Below, piece after piece: positions 37,247 to 45,345 of a DNA stretch of 64,000 nt (position 1 is the first letter of the stretch; every line of letters starts with the position of its first letter). The position numbers and the translations under genes were made by a program. Under the pieces are notes generated by a model. It was not told where the DNA came from and made no database searches. It worked only from the letters and a program-made list of their open reading frames with translations. Location: positions 11,905 through 75,904 of IMG/VR virus record IMGVR_UViG_3300033067_001009, one strand, 5' to 3'. This DNA is from a virus. Lineage: Duplodnaviria; Caudoviricetes.

Positions 37247-37427
37247 TACTATCCCACATTAAGTATGCCCGTATCCCGTAGAACACTCCAGTCGGCGCAA
37301 TAACAAGCACCAACCAATATAATCCCGCACCGAGCAGGAACACGATTGATGCCGCCACAATGTACACTGCGGACGCTATCGCTACACCTATGTACGTGAA
37401 TAGCTCTCGTTCTTCGTTTTCGTTCAT
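37221..37427 (-). CDS. Small membrane protein
   Basis: Two hydrophobic segments. Confidence 0.45.
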   Translation of the reverse strand: MNENEERELFTYIGVAIASAVYIVAASIVFLLGAGLYWLVLVIAPTGVFYGIRAYLMWDSNGGNESER

Positions 37428-38821
37428 AATTTCATTTTCGGTGACATCGGAGGTATGTCTCTCGCGCCATACATCCCCGAGGCTTTACGCTGTTTGTCAA
37501 GCAGCGTGGACGAGAACGTCTGCAAGTTTTTATGAAACACCGTGGGTACCCGCCATCCGGCAGCACCGTTGCGTTGTTTCTCGCAGAGTATCTCCAAGTA
37601 CATATCGTGCTCGCCCAGCTTCTCATCGTCGGGTGGCTCGACTTCCTGCAAGTGGATCAGAAGATCAGCGTCCATCTTGATCTGACGGCTCCATCTCATC
37701 TTCTTGGGTTCTTGCCGTTGCGGTCTGGGATTGTTGCCGTTCCCGTTCCGTTGCTGGTTCGGGTTATCGGCGTACTGGGACAATGCGATGGAAGCCACCG
37801 GAGGTATGCCCCTCTTCCTGTCTCCGATGGTCAGGGACTTCCACGTCTTCGAGATCGTCGAGACACGTGTTACGTCCGAGTCTTTCGCATCCGTGTCGGC
37901 CATCTGCAAATAGTCGAGGATGGCGGCGACCACGTCACGCTTGACGGCGAGCGTCTGGACGATGCGCTTGATGGCGAAGATGTTCGAGACCCCCTCGATG
38001 ATGACGATGTTGTACTTCCGGCAGTAGTCGATGGCGAACTTGACATCGTCGAAGAACTTGGGATTTTTCAGATTCTCCTGAGTCAGTCGCTTGCCTGTCA
38101 GACGTGGGGACTCCATCGCCATCCGGTAGCACAGCATTTCCTTGGACATCTCAAGCGAGGCCACTGCCGTCTTGAGCCGTCCGATCTTCGAGTTCATCTT
38201 GGCGATGTGCATCATCATCGCCGTCTTGCCGCCACCGCTCTCACCACCGATCACGGTATATCCGGTCAGCTGGGACAGGAACAGCCAGTCGTCCAGCTCG
38301 GGGATATGGACACGGTACGGGTTCTCTCCGGCTCGCCAACCGGCGAGCATCGTCATTGCCGAGTCGGCAGTCTGTTCCATATCGAACGCATACTGCAAGT
38401 CCGACTCGCCCTCGTCGACACGGTCAAGCATTCCACGGACGGCATCTGCGATCTCGGCTGGCGGGGTGCCTCTCTTTTCGTGACGGTCGATATATTTCTT
38501 TAGCTCGCTGATACGGTTGCGAGCACCGCTCTCTTTGAACTGCTGAAATATCTCGTCCGTCAGCTCCGGTGTCTGGGAGTCGAACGCGACCGACACCATA
38601 ATACGGGTGGTCATATCGTCCGGCAGCGCAGCCGTCAGCGTCTCTCGTGTGATACGCTCGTTCGTCTGGTGCTTCTGCACGATGATATTGAATATCTTAT
38701 CGTGACCGGCAAAGACGAAATCACTCTTGGTCGTCCGGTGCAGATACTTGTCTCTCGCTTCCTTGGAACTGCAAAAGTTTTGAATCACAATTCCCTCGGA
38801 GCTGGTATCATTGTTTGCCAT
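37424..38821 (-). CDS. dnaB: Replicative DnaB-like helicase
   Basis: Walker A GGESGGGKT, SLEMS, ILDYLQ, MDAD and KQRNG motifs. Confidence 0.85.
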   Translation of the reverse strand: MANNDTSSEGIVIQNFCSSKEARDKYLHRTTKSDFVFAGHDKIFNIIVQKHQTNERITRETLTAALPDDMTTRIMVSVAFDSQTPELTDEIFQQFKESGARNRISELKKYIDRHEKRGTPPAEIADAVRGMLDRVDEGESDLQYAFDMEQTADSAMTMLAGWRAGENPYRVHIPELDDWLFLSQLTGYTVIGGESGGGKTAMMMHIAKMNSKIGRLKTAVASLEMSKEMLCYRMAMESPRLTGKRLTQENLKNPKFFDDVKFAIDYCRKYNIVIIEGVSNIFAIKRIVQTLAVKRDVVAAILDYLQMADTDAKDSDVTRVSTISKTWKSLTIGDRKRGIPPVASIALSQYADNPNQQRNGNGNNPRPQRQEPKKMRWSRQIKMDADLLIHLQEVEPPDDEKLGEHDMYLEILCEKQRNGAAGWRVPTVFHKNLQTFSSTLLDKQRKASGMYGARDIPPMSPKMKL

Positions 38822-39149
38822 TGATTGTATCTCTCTCCTGTAAGTACTGCTCTATCTCTCTATACAGAGCAGAGTTCCTGTGCTTGCCGTAGCTGGGTCT
38901 GTAAGGCGACTGGCCTATCTTGGCAGCTTCGGGCGCTGTACGGCCTCTATAACGCTGTACAGCCACAGATTCATACACTTCCTCAACCTTGTTTCTCAGG
39001 GCATCGGCAGCTTGTTTAAGAGATTGCACGTTATCTGCGGTGGCCTTTATGCGAATCTCTACTTTAGCGGCTCGGAGTTTCTCGACCAGCTGATCCATCC
39101 ACATCAGCGAATCGAACGCGACCTCAAGTGGGGATTTCGACTTCTTCAT
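38808..39149 (-). CDS. Hypothetical protein upstream of helicase
   Basis: 113 aa, overlaps the dnaB start. Confidence 0.45.
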   Translation of the reverse strand: MKKSKSPLEVAFDSLMWMDQLVEKLRAAKVEIRIKATADNVQSLKQAADALRNKVEEVYESVAVQRYRGRTAPEAAKIGQSPYRPSYGKHRNSALYREIEQYLQERDTINGKQ

Positions 39150-39393
39150 TTCTTTTCACCGCTTCTCTGTAACCGATGTGCAGCCGCTGGTCTCCGAGTA
39201 GGACGATCTCCTCGCCGTACATCGTCACTGCTCGCTCGTTTTTTCCCCAGCGGGATACGCGATAAGCGCTGTTTCCGAGCGGCTCCACAAAGAACTCGTA
39301 GTTCAAACTCGTTTTGAATTTGACCTTACGCTTCAACGTATCCGCAATGACCAGCGCATCGTGTACGCTGATCTGACTCATTAGCTTTGGCAT
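39124..39393 (-). CDS. Hypothetical protein
   Basis: ATG at 39393 with an AGGAG RBS. Confidence 0.4.
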   Translation of the reverse strand: MPKLMSQISVHDALVIADTLKRKVKFKTSLNYEFFVEPLGNSAYRVSRWGKNERAVTMYGEEIVLLGDQRLHIGYREAVKRNEEVEIPT

Positions 39394-39563
39394 TTGTTTA
39401 TCTCCTCTAGTTTCTTTTTGGCCACTATCAATTTCTCTCTCGCAGTCTTGACGTGCTCCGGCAACTCTTCGATCAGTGCCTCGTCGTAACAATGCACCGC
39501 ATTGAGCAGACCATCTATCTCTTCTTTTCTCAAACGTAACGCTATGCTTTTTGCTTCTGCCAT
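39381..39563 (-). CDS. Small hypothetical protein
   Basis: 60 aa; the GGAGA RBS directly follows the repeat copy at 39576. Confidence 0.45.
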   Translation of the reverse strand: MAEAKSIALRLRKEEIDGLLNAVHCYDEALIEELPEHVKTAREKLIVAKKKLEEINKCQS

Positions 39564-39816
39564 AATTTTATCTCCAGTGTCGACACTCGTGACTTGGGGA
39601 AAACCTACGGAAAGGGGTTCTTGGGGTGGACAAGAGTGATACCTGCTTGGAAGCGTAAACTTCGCTGCATCTCTTAACCCAAGAAAAAAATCTTTCGATT
39701 CTCATAAGTTCGCAAGTGTGACGTTCTTGTTATTTTTAAGGGTAAGATTCATTATACTTGATACTTCTCACCCTTGTTACTTCTAATGTCGGTCTCCTAA
39801 AGCAGCGGATGCCTAG

Positions 39817-39861
39817 GGAGACCTGTGGTGACCAGTTCACCCCTTAGGAGACCTGTGGTGA
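39817..39861. repeat. Two 15-bp direct repeats GGAGACCTGTGGTGA, period 30 bp (iteron-like)
   Basis: Copies at 39817-39831 and 39847-39861 straddle the rep stop codon; AT-rich DNA follows on the - strand. Confidence 0.7.
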
Positions 39862-40143
39862 ATCGTTGACTATCCACTCCCAGTATGCGAACATACCTTT
39901 CTTGCGAACAGCCTCGATTCGCAGGTACCCGCACTCTTTCAAGTTAGCTGTGATCCGGTCGATGCGCTTGCGCCCGATGTCGAACCGCTCCATCAGCGTG
40001 TCTCTGCTGATCTTGAAGTTGTCGTCGTGGCTGCTGAGATACACGAGCATACCCAGTTCATCCAGCGCCAGACGTTTATCACGCATAGCCGCATTACTGA
40101 GCACCGTGTAGTTCTTTTTGTACTGGTTACGTACTCTAATCAT
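39844..40143 (-). CDS. Short winged-helix replication-initiator-like protein
   Basis: KNYTVLSNAAMRDKRL...GMLVYLSSH..F.IS...L..RF..G...I......L...GYL, typical of phage replisome-organiser N-termini. Confidence 0.65.
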   Translation of the reverse strand: MIRVRNQYKKNYTVLSNAAMRDKRLALDELGMLVYLSSHDDNFKISRDTLMERFDIGRKRIDRITANLKECGYLRIEAVRKKGMFAYWEWIVNDSPQVS

Positions 40144-40159
40144 TTTGGTTTTATTCGAT

Positions 40160-40188
40160 TTGACTTGTGGAAACTTTCGTGGTAGCTT
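40160..40188 (+). promoter_or_regulatory. Antisense promoter convergent with the rep promoter
   Basis: TTGACT-17bp-TAGCTT with an extended TGn. Confidence 0.6.
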
Positions 40189-40194
40189 TATAGA

Positions 40195-40276
40195 CGTGAA
40201 CGATAGTTTCCATCACGGAACAAATTGAATTTAAGTTGTTTTAACAGGTGCAGACCATAATCTGCACCTGTTTTTT
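40195..40276 (+). ncRNA. Predicted ~80-nt countertranscript RNA antisense to the rep leader
   Basis: Bounded by a + strand promoter and a + strand intrinsic terminator; no ORF; lies wholly inside the predicted rep 5' leader. Confidence 0.5.
40243..40276 (+). terminator. Intrinsic terminator
   Basis: AACAGGTGCAGA-ccataa-TCTGCACCTGTT followed by TTTT. Confidence 0.75.
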
Positions 40277-40291
40277 CTTTCTGTTTTTCGG

Positions 40292-40314
40292 AGTACTCAA
40301 TCGGGATGAGTACT
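40292..40314. promoter_or_regulatory. Inverted repeat (operator or hairpin) at the rep transcription start
   Basis: AGTACTCA-7bp-TGAGTACT. Confidence 0.5.
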
Positions 40315-40318
40315 TAAC

Positions 40319-40347
40319 ATATTACTCCGGCTAATAACCAATGTCAA
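40319..40347 (-). promoter_or_regulatory. Sigma70-type promoter for rep and downstream replication genes
   Basis: TTGACA-17bp-TAATAT on the - strand. Confidence 0.7.
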
Positions 40348-40354
40348 CTGTACA

Positions 40355-41980
40355 CTAACCTCCTGACGATAAGTCCTTTAGATGGTGGTAGATAGCCCAC
40401 GTCTTCGGAAAGCACTGCTCGACGATCTTGTCGACAGCCTTGGCGTACTGCTGGATTTCCCACTGGGCAGCCGGATCATCACGGAGCGACAGGAACGCCA
40501 ACCAGTTCCTGAGAACGGCAGACGCTCGCATCTGCGAATATCTGCCGACCGGAATCACGACCCTCGCCAGCTCTTTCGGAATACCGCAGGTCAGACCGTA
40601 CTGGTATAACTGCTCCGCATCATTGTAGAACGCAGCCAGAGCGTTCTCCCAGTGGGTAGCGTTGTTGTCGTTCAGCTCGGCAGCACCGATAGCGACACCG
40701 GCTTGCTTGTTCGTCGTACTTGTCAGGTACAGTCGCTCGCGTGTCGGCTCATAGTTGACATCCGGCAGCGGCGCGTACCGTGCAGACATCTCGTTGTATG
40801 AATTATGAATCAACAAGTTATCTGCCGCAAACCAGTTGTTTCCAGTTACCGAAATGTCGAAAGTGTCTTTCAAACCCAGAGCGTTAATGGATAGTATCTT
40901 AACCGGAACTTCTCTTAATCGCTTTCTACCACCGTTAAGTTGACTATCATCTGCGTTGTCTTGAGCAGTGCCGAGTTTCAGATTCAGCAATCTGTTATCT
41001 AAAGGGTTGTCGTTCTTATGTAGAACCCATTCGCTAGACCTGCCTAAGAATGCGTTAGCAACCAGCACCGAGACCTGTACCGTCTTGTTGTTAATTGAAA
41101 CTACCGCTCTGTGGTCGGTGTTCACTGTTTGAGTTTTGAGGTAGGGCTGCCTCTGCTTTCTGACTCCTCTGGTTGACCAGTAAGAACGTACCCTGCCGAG
41201 ATTAGATACTTCGTATCCTTCGGATACTTCTCGCCACTCTTCGTTCATTATTTCTTCATTACTGATAGCAGGGAACACCGATGCCGCACCTCTGTCACCA
41301 TTTTGTATCATCGCCATCACTTCCGTAATACCGTCCTTTAGCCTACCCGAACCGTAAGGAGTCTTGAACAAATGGTCTTCTGACACCTCTACCTCTCCGT
41401 ACTTGGTACGAACCAAGTACACCTGTTTTTGCCCTGTGTGCCAAGCGCCGGTTACATTAACAAACCCGTCATTGTTTCGTAACTGCATTGCGGAAATCCT
41501 TGCTTTGGTTTTAGGGTTTAAGAACCCAGAAACCACGTCCAGCATAGATTTTCTGTAAGCCTTTCCGTCAACAGGTCTGTTAAATACCAACGGTGTACTA
41601 CCTGAAACGCACTGTGTCCGATGACGGTGCCATTCCCTGAACACGAAGATCGGGGCGCGAACTTCGATAATCATTCCGGCGAACTCGAACGGTGTCGAGT
41701 GTCGATTCTTAAACATAAAGTTCAGCAGATTTGTGTCGTTGGCTAGTTTGCCGAAGCACTGCGCCCCAGTACGGTCATTGTGGGCTGCTATCTTAGCTAT
41801 GAACTGCTTATCGCAGTCAGGACAGTAACACACGTCCCACCCACGGAAGTTCCCCTGTGTCGATTGCCTCGCAGCCTCGATGATTCCGGCCTCGTCGACT
41901 CCGGCATCACCCCCGCCCCAGTACTCGACCAGCCTGACGAACCCGTGGTCAAGCACCGGTATGTTGATTTCTTTCTTCAT
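40355..41980 (-). CDS. thyX: Flavin-dependent thymidylate synthase, intein-interrupted
   Basis: HGFVRLV, HSTPFE and REWHRHRTQ|intein|SYNEMSARY (RHRxxSxxxxSxR motif). Confidence 0.92.
   Translation of the reverse strand: MKKEINIPVLDHGFVRLVEYWGGGDAGVDEAGIIEAARQSTQGNFRGWDVCYCPDCDKQFIAKIAAHNDRTGAQCFGKLANDTNLLNFMFKNRHSTPFEFAGMIIEVRAPIFVFREWHRHRTQCVSGSTPLVFNRPVDGKAYRKSMLDVVSGFLNPKTKARISAMQLRNNDGFVNVTGAWHTGQKQVYLVRTKYGEVEVSEDHLFKTPYGSGRLKDGITEVMAMIQNGDRGAASVFPAISNEEIMNEEWREVSEGYEVSNLGRVRSYWSTRGVRKQRQPYLKTQTVNTDHRAVVSINNKTVQVSVLVANAFLGRSSEWVLHKNDNPLDNRLLNLKLGTAQDNADDSQLNGGRKRLREVPVKILSINALGLKDTFDISVTGNNWFAADNLLIHNSYNEMSARYAPLPDVNYEPTRERLYLTSTTNKQAGVAIGAAELNDNNATHWENALAAFYNDAEQLYQYGLTCGIPKELARVVIPVGRYSQMRASAVLRNWLAFLSLRDDPAAQWEIQQYAKAVDKIVEQCFPKTWAIYHHLKDLSSGG
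40802..41611 (-). mobile_element. Intein (270 aa) with NUMOD4/HNH-type homing endonuclease
   Basis: Cys1 (CVSGSTP), VSEDHLF block B, terminal HN then Ser+1. Inner YEVSNLGRVRS and VLHKNDNPLDNRLLNL. Visibly more AT-rich than the flanks. Confidence 0.9.
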
Positions 41981-42422
41981 TTTTAATCTCCTCCTCGATT
42001 TGTTCGACTGCCACATCGAGCGGCAGTGCTATGGTTCCGCACACGATTCCGAGCGCATTACTCAGCAACGTGTCCAGCTCGAATACAGCACCGGCCTTTT
42101 CCCACATCTCGATCCGCGCCGGACGCATATCGCTGAACCGATTTTTGTTTACCCGTTCTTGGTAGCGCCGGATGTAGGTCGATGCTTTCTTAAGATCGTC
42201 GATCTTGTTGTCGTGCTTCCGACCGGCGCGGCAGATGTACTTTGCCGCATTACCAAGCCGGAAGTCCAAACGAAAGAACTCGATCACCTCGTCGACGAAC
42301 CACCCGTGGTAGTAGTTCCGACCGCTATGAGTGTCGACACTCGAAGCAGCCGCAGTACCTGCTGCGTTCTTCCAGCAGTAACCCTCGTCCTTTCCGCATT
42401 CTTCACATATTAACTTTCCCAT
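41949..42422 (-). CDS. DUF3310-like (T7 gp1.7-like nucleotide kinase family) protein
   Basis: HSGRNYY...FRLGNAAKYICRAGRK...DDLKKASTYI. Confidence 0.7.
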   Translation of the reverse strand: MGKLICEECGKDEGYCWKNAAGTAAASSVDTHSGRNYYHGWFVDEVIEFFRLDFRLGNAAKYICRAGRKHDNKIDDLKKASTYIRRYQERVNKNRFSDMRPARIEMWEKAGAVFELDTLLSNALGIVCGTIALPLDVAVEQIEEEIKNEERNQHTGA

Positions 42423-42424
42423 CT

Positions 42425-42694
42425 CTATTCTCCTGACGGTTTTCCGTACACCTTGGCGATGACTGCCAGCACCAGATAGGTCGCTTTGCTTTCTTTCGCC
42501 AGCCGTACGGCTTCTTTCTCGGCAGCCTCCTTGGTCTCGTGCTGCTTCTTGAATCGTTTGTACCCTTGAGACCCACGGGCAACGGCATAGGTGACTTTGT
42601 CACCCTGCAACTCTTTGACCTGCGGGTATCGACCCAGCAGGTGTTTGTCTTTGGCCTTGACGACCCTGACTTTCGGTTTCGGCTTTTCAGCCAT
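42425..42694 (-). CDS. Small basic hypothetical protein
   Basis: 89 aa with a GGAGG RBS. Confidence 0.5.
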   Translation of the reverse strand: MAEKPKPKVRVVKAKDKHLLGRYPQVKELQGDKVTYAVARGSQGYKRFKKQHETKEAAEKEAVRLAKESKATYLVLAVIAKVYGKPSGE

Positions 42695-43376
42695 CGATTA
42701 TTTCCTCCCACTCGTCGCCGTCTAAAGCGACCTCACCGCTTTCCTGACCGACGATCACGATGTTCCCGTCATCGGTCAGCTCGAATCCGGCGTTAGCAAA
42801 GTCTTGGTCGAAGAACGATCCGTCCCGAATCGACTGCTTGATGAACTCCGAGAACTTGGTTATGTAGCTCTTTCTCAGATTGAGAGAGACCATCACGTCC
42901 CCGTCCCCGTCCTCATTCTGAAACTGGTTCTGGATAGCGGTCGAGACACGGTAATCCACGAATGTCTTGGCGGCATAGTTGACCGTCGACTCCTCGACTG
43001 TCGACCTGCTCGCCATTTGCGCGGCGAACTGCTTGACCTTGTCGGACACATTGAGCGTACGCGACATCTCACACAGCTCGTACGTCACCGTCCAGATCAG
43101 ATTGATAATCAGATCGAAGTCCTGCTTGGCTCCGATATGCGGGACGAAACTTTGCAGTGTCGACCAGTAGTCGAGGGAGATAAGCGCTCGCTTCTCCCCC
43201 TCGACCACACCATCGTCCGTATGTTTGCTGATGATGTTGACGTAGTCCGTCGCCATCTCCACCGGCAGTAGTTCCGGCAGAGCTGAGACCAGCTCGTGCC
43301 GGAGGAACGGAAGCAGCGCCGAATGCAGTACCGCTCCCGTCCCGAATGCGTGTTGTTCCAAGTATGTTCTAATCAT
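42687..43376 (-). CDS. Hypothetical protein
   Basis: 229 aa, in the operon after the annealase. Confidence 0.55.
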   Translation of the reverse strand: MIRTYLEQHAFGTGAVLHSALLPFLRHELVSALPELLPVEMATDYVNIISKHTDDGVVEGEKRALISLDYWSTLQSFVPHIGAKQDFDLIINLIWTVTYELCEMSRTLNVSDKVKQFAAQMASRSTVEESTVNYAAKTFVDYRVSTAIQNQFQNEDGDGDVMVSLNLRKSYITKFSEFIKQSIRDGSFFDQDFANAGFELTDDGNIVIVGQESGEVALDGDEWEEIIDG

Positions 43377-43379
43377 CGA

Positions 43380-44537
43380 TTAGCTCCGTTCCCAAGGCAC
43401 GTCATTACCTGACTTGGCTTGGTTTTTCTGCATATCCTGCAAGTGTTTAATTAGCTCAGAAGCAGCTCTCTTGGAAAGATTATCTGTGCCGCACAGGAAT
43501 ACCTTTTGACACTCCTCGTCCGGATCGACTCCGACTTCACGGGCGATGGCTCTGACCATCCCGAGCTGTTTTGCAGTTACCAAATCCGACAGACTTCTGG
43601 CAACCGGACTCGCCGGAGTGCCGCCCCCGCCGCCATAGTTGCCGCCGCTGTCTTGGCCTCCCGCGAATCCGCCGGTCGCTGCCGCATCCTTTTCGTACAG
43701 GTCACGACCGATACCGAACAGCACGGCTGCCCGTTTGAGAGCGTCGGACGCTGCCCCTTTGACTGCCAGTTCCCACGCATCGTCGCCAATAGTCCCGTCG
43801 CGTTTGCGAACGAGCGAGCTGGCACCGACACCGTCACGCTCGGTACGGAACCCGTCCTCCATCGTGATCGTCAGACGGCCACGGCAGATCGCCGTCGTGT
43901 CGGTGAAGTTGATGTCCACGACCGTGAAGCTCCACGCCGAACCGACGACCGAATCGAGAATGTCGGTGACCGTGTTCCACTCGATGTACGGCACATCTCC
44001 CCAGCTCATCGAGCGGGTCTTGACGAGCTGCTTCGGTACCGGCGCTCTGAGCTGTGCCAGCCATCCCAGCTTGGTGACGGGAATGATCGACACGACCGGT
44101 TCGACCGTGTCGTCCTGAATTTGTTGTTGACTCACTTGTTGTTTCTCCTGTTGTTTCGGAGGAGCTGCCGTTGGCCGCGCCTCTTTTACTGTGCTATGTG
44201 TCCTGCGCTCGGCAGCCGCTGGGGCTGCTTGCGTACCTTGATCCTTGTTGGCGAAATGGATCGCCGCCCAAATGTGTTCGCATCGGAAATGCCGATCCGT
44301 ATTTGCGTCCTTGTTCTCCTCGAACTCCGGACAGTTACAGATAACCGCATTCGTATGCGGGTGTCTGCCGACGAAGTAAATTTTCTGCTTACCGGCCACG
44401 CTCGCCGTCTTGACCTCGAACTCGCTGCCGTTGCGGCTGACGTTGCCGAGCGCGACTAGCGCTTTGCCTCGCTTCTCGGGGTCTTTGTGCCAGCTCTCCT
44501 CCTGAACCGGAGTAGCTGCTTGTTTTTTAGCTGCCAT
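43380..44537 (-). CDS. Rad52/Sak-like single-strand annealing protein with N-terminal SWIM-type Zn finger
   Basis: VPYIEWNTV..ILDSVVG..WSF and KGAASDALKRAAVLFGIGRDLY; CNC...CEH finger. Confidence 0.8.
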   Translation of the reverse strand: MAAKKQAATPVQEESWHKDPEKRGKALVALGNVSRNGSEFEVKTASVAGKQKIYFVGRHPHTNAVICNCPEFEENKDANTDRHFRCEHIWAAIHFANKDQGTQAAPAAAERRTHSTVKEARPTAAPPKQQEKQQVSQQQIQDDTVEPVVSIIPVTKLGWLAQLRAPVPKQLVKTRSMSWGDVPYIEWNTVTDILDSVVGSAWSFTVVDINFTDTTAICRGRLTITMEDGFRTERDGVGASSLVRKRDGTIGDDAWELAVKGAASDALKRAAVLFGIGRDLYEKDAAATGGFAGGQDSGGNYGGGGGTPASPVARSLSDLVTAKQLGMVRAIAREVGVDPDEECQKVFLCGTDNLSKRAASELIKHLQDMQKNQAKSGNDVPWERS

Positions 44538-44538
44538 A

Positions 44539-44811
44539 CTATTTTCCTCCCAACCATTTGTATAGGGAGATTATCTTCGACGCGATGGTGGGATCGCCAT
44601 ACGTGTACTTCGTGAACCACCGACAGATAACGTCCGGTGTCGCTGCGTTGATTCGTGCATTTACCTTGGCTTGCTCGTCGGGCGGCACTTCGTCCCAGTC
44701 GTACCACGCTGTATTGTCCATCAAGAACTCCTGAAACGTGTACAGTATTCCCATCTCTTCGAGCAGCTCGACATTCGGTTTCTTTTCATCAACCATCTGA
44801 TTCACCTCCAT
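44539..44811 (-). CDS. Hypothetical protein
   Basis: 90-aa ORF in a tightly packed operon. Confidence 0.45.
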   Translation of the reverse strand: MEVNQMVDEKKPNVELLEEMGILYTFQEFLMDNTAWYDWDEVPPDEQAKVNARINAATPDVICRWFTKYTYGDPTIASKIISLYKWLGGK

Positions 44812-45031
44812 TCACGAATACTCCCTCGACAGCAAACAATTCCGTAGCTTCCGGATAGTTAGAGAACCATTCGGCAGCAACTTTCTCGGCCTCTTGGTAA
44901 GAGCCGAATTGCGCGGCTTCCCGTGGGTTTGTTGTGTGCTTCATAACTACCGGAACAACTCCAGTAACAAATACCGTGCCGACGTAGTAGCGGTTGCTGA
45001 CTACATCTTTCAGTAGAAATTTCTTTATCAT
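44789..45031 (-). CDS. Hypothetical protein
   Basis: 80 aa with an AGGAG RBS. Confidence 0.45.
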   Translation of the reverse strand: MIKKFLLKDVVSNRYYVGTVFVTGVVPVVMKHTTNPREAAQFGSYQEAEKVAAEWFSNYPEATELFAVEGVFVNGGESDG

Positions 45032-45039
45032 ATTGTCTC

Positions 45040-45345
45040 CTATTTGTTTCCGACACCATCGATAGCCAGCGCTTCCGTCAGTGTCTCTTTACACTGCCAA
45101 ACCTCAACCTCGATAGTATCCCCGACTTTGTAGTAGTCTAACTGCTTACTGAATAACTGGCAGTACTGCCGCCGGTCGGAACCCCAGTTACTCCTCTGGA
45201 CTACCTGAACTATGTGGCGTTCCTTATCTCGTACGTCACGCAGCTCGACGGAGTAGTGCCGGTTACAGCTACCTAGCAACGATGCCATCACCAGCATCAC
45301 ACCCACGCTGGCCGCAAGGCACAGCATAATATCTATTAACTTCAT
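45040..45345 (-). CDS. Secreted or lipoprotein-like hypothetical protein
   Basis: Hydrophobic N-terminus ending LLGSC. Confidence 0.45.
   Translation of the reverse strand: MKLIDIMLCLAASVGVMLVMASLLGSCNRHYSVELRDVRDKERHIVQVVQRSNWGSDRRQYCQLFSKQLDYYKVGDTIEVEVWQCKETLTEALAIDGVGNK

Noticed and set aside
22434-38503. Long opposite-strand ORFs (for example 22434-23918, 27252-28562 and 31248-32129 on -, and 37532-38503 on +)
   Set aside because: These are shadows of strongly codon-biased real genes, with no RBS or recognisable motifs.
11821-43165. Half-sites such as GAGTGTCGACC (17290), GTGTCGACTT (about 11866) and AGTGTCGACC (about 43156)
   Set aside because: Only one arm matches, and GTCGAC is common in this genome, so they were not counted as members.
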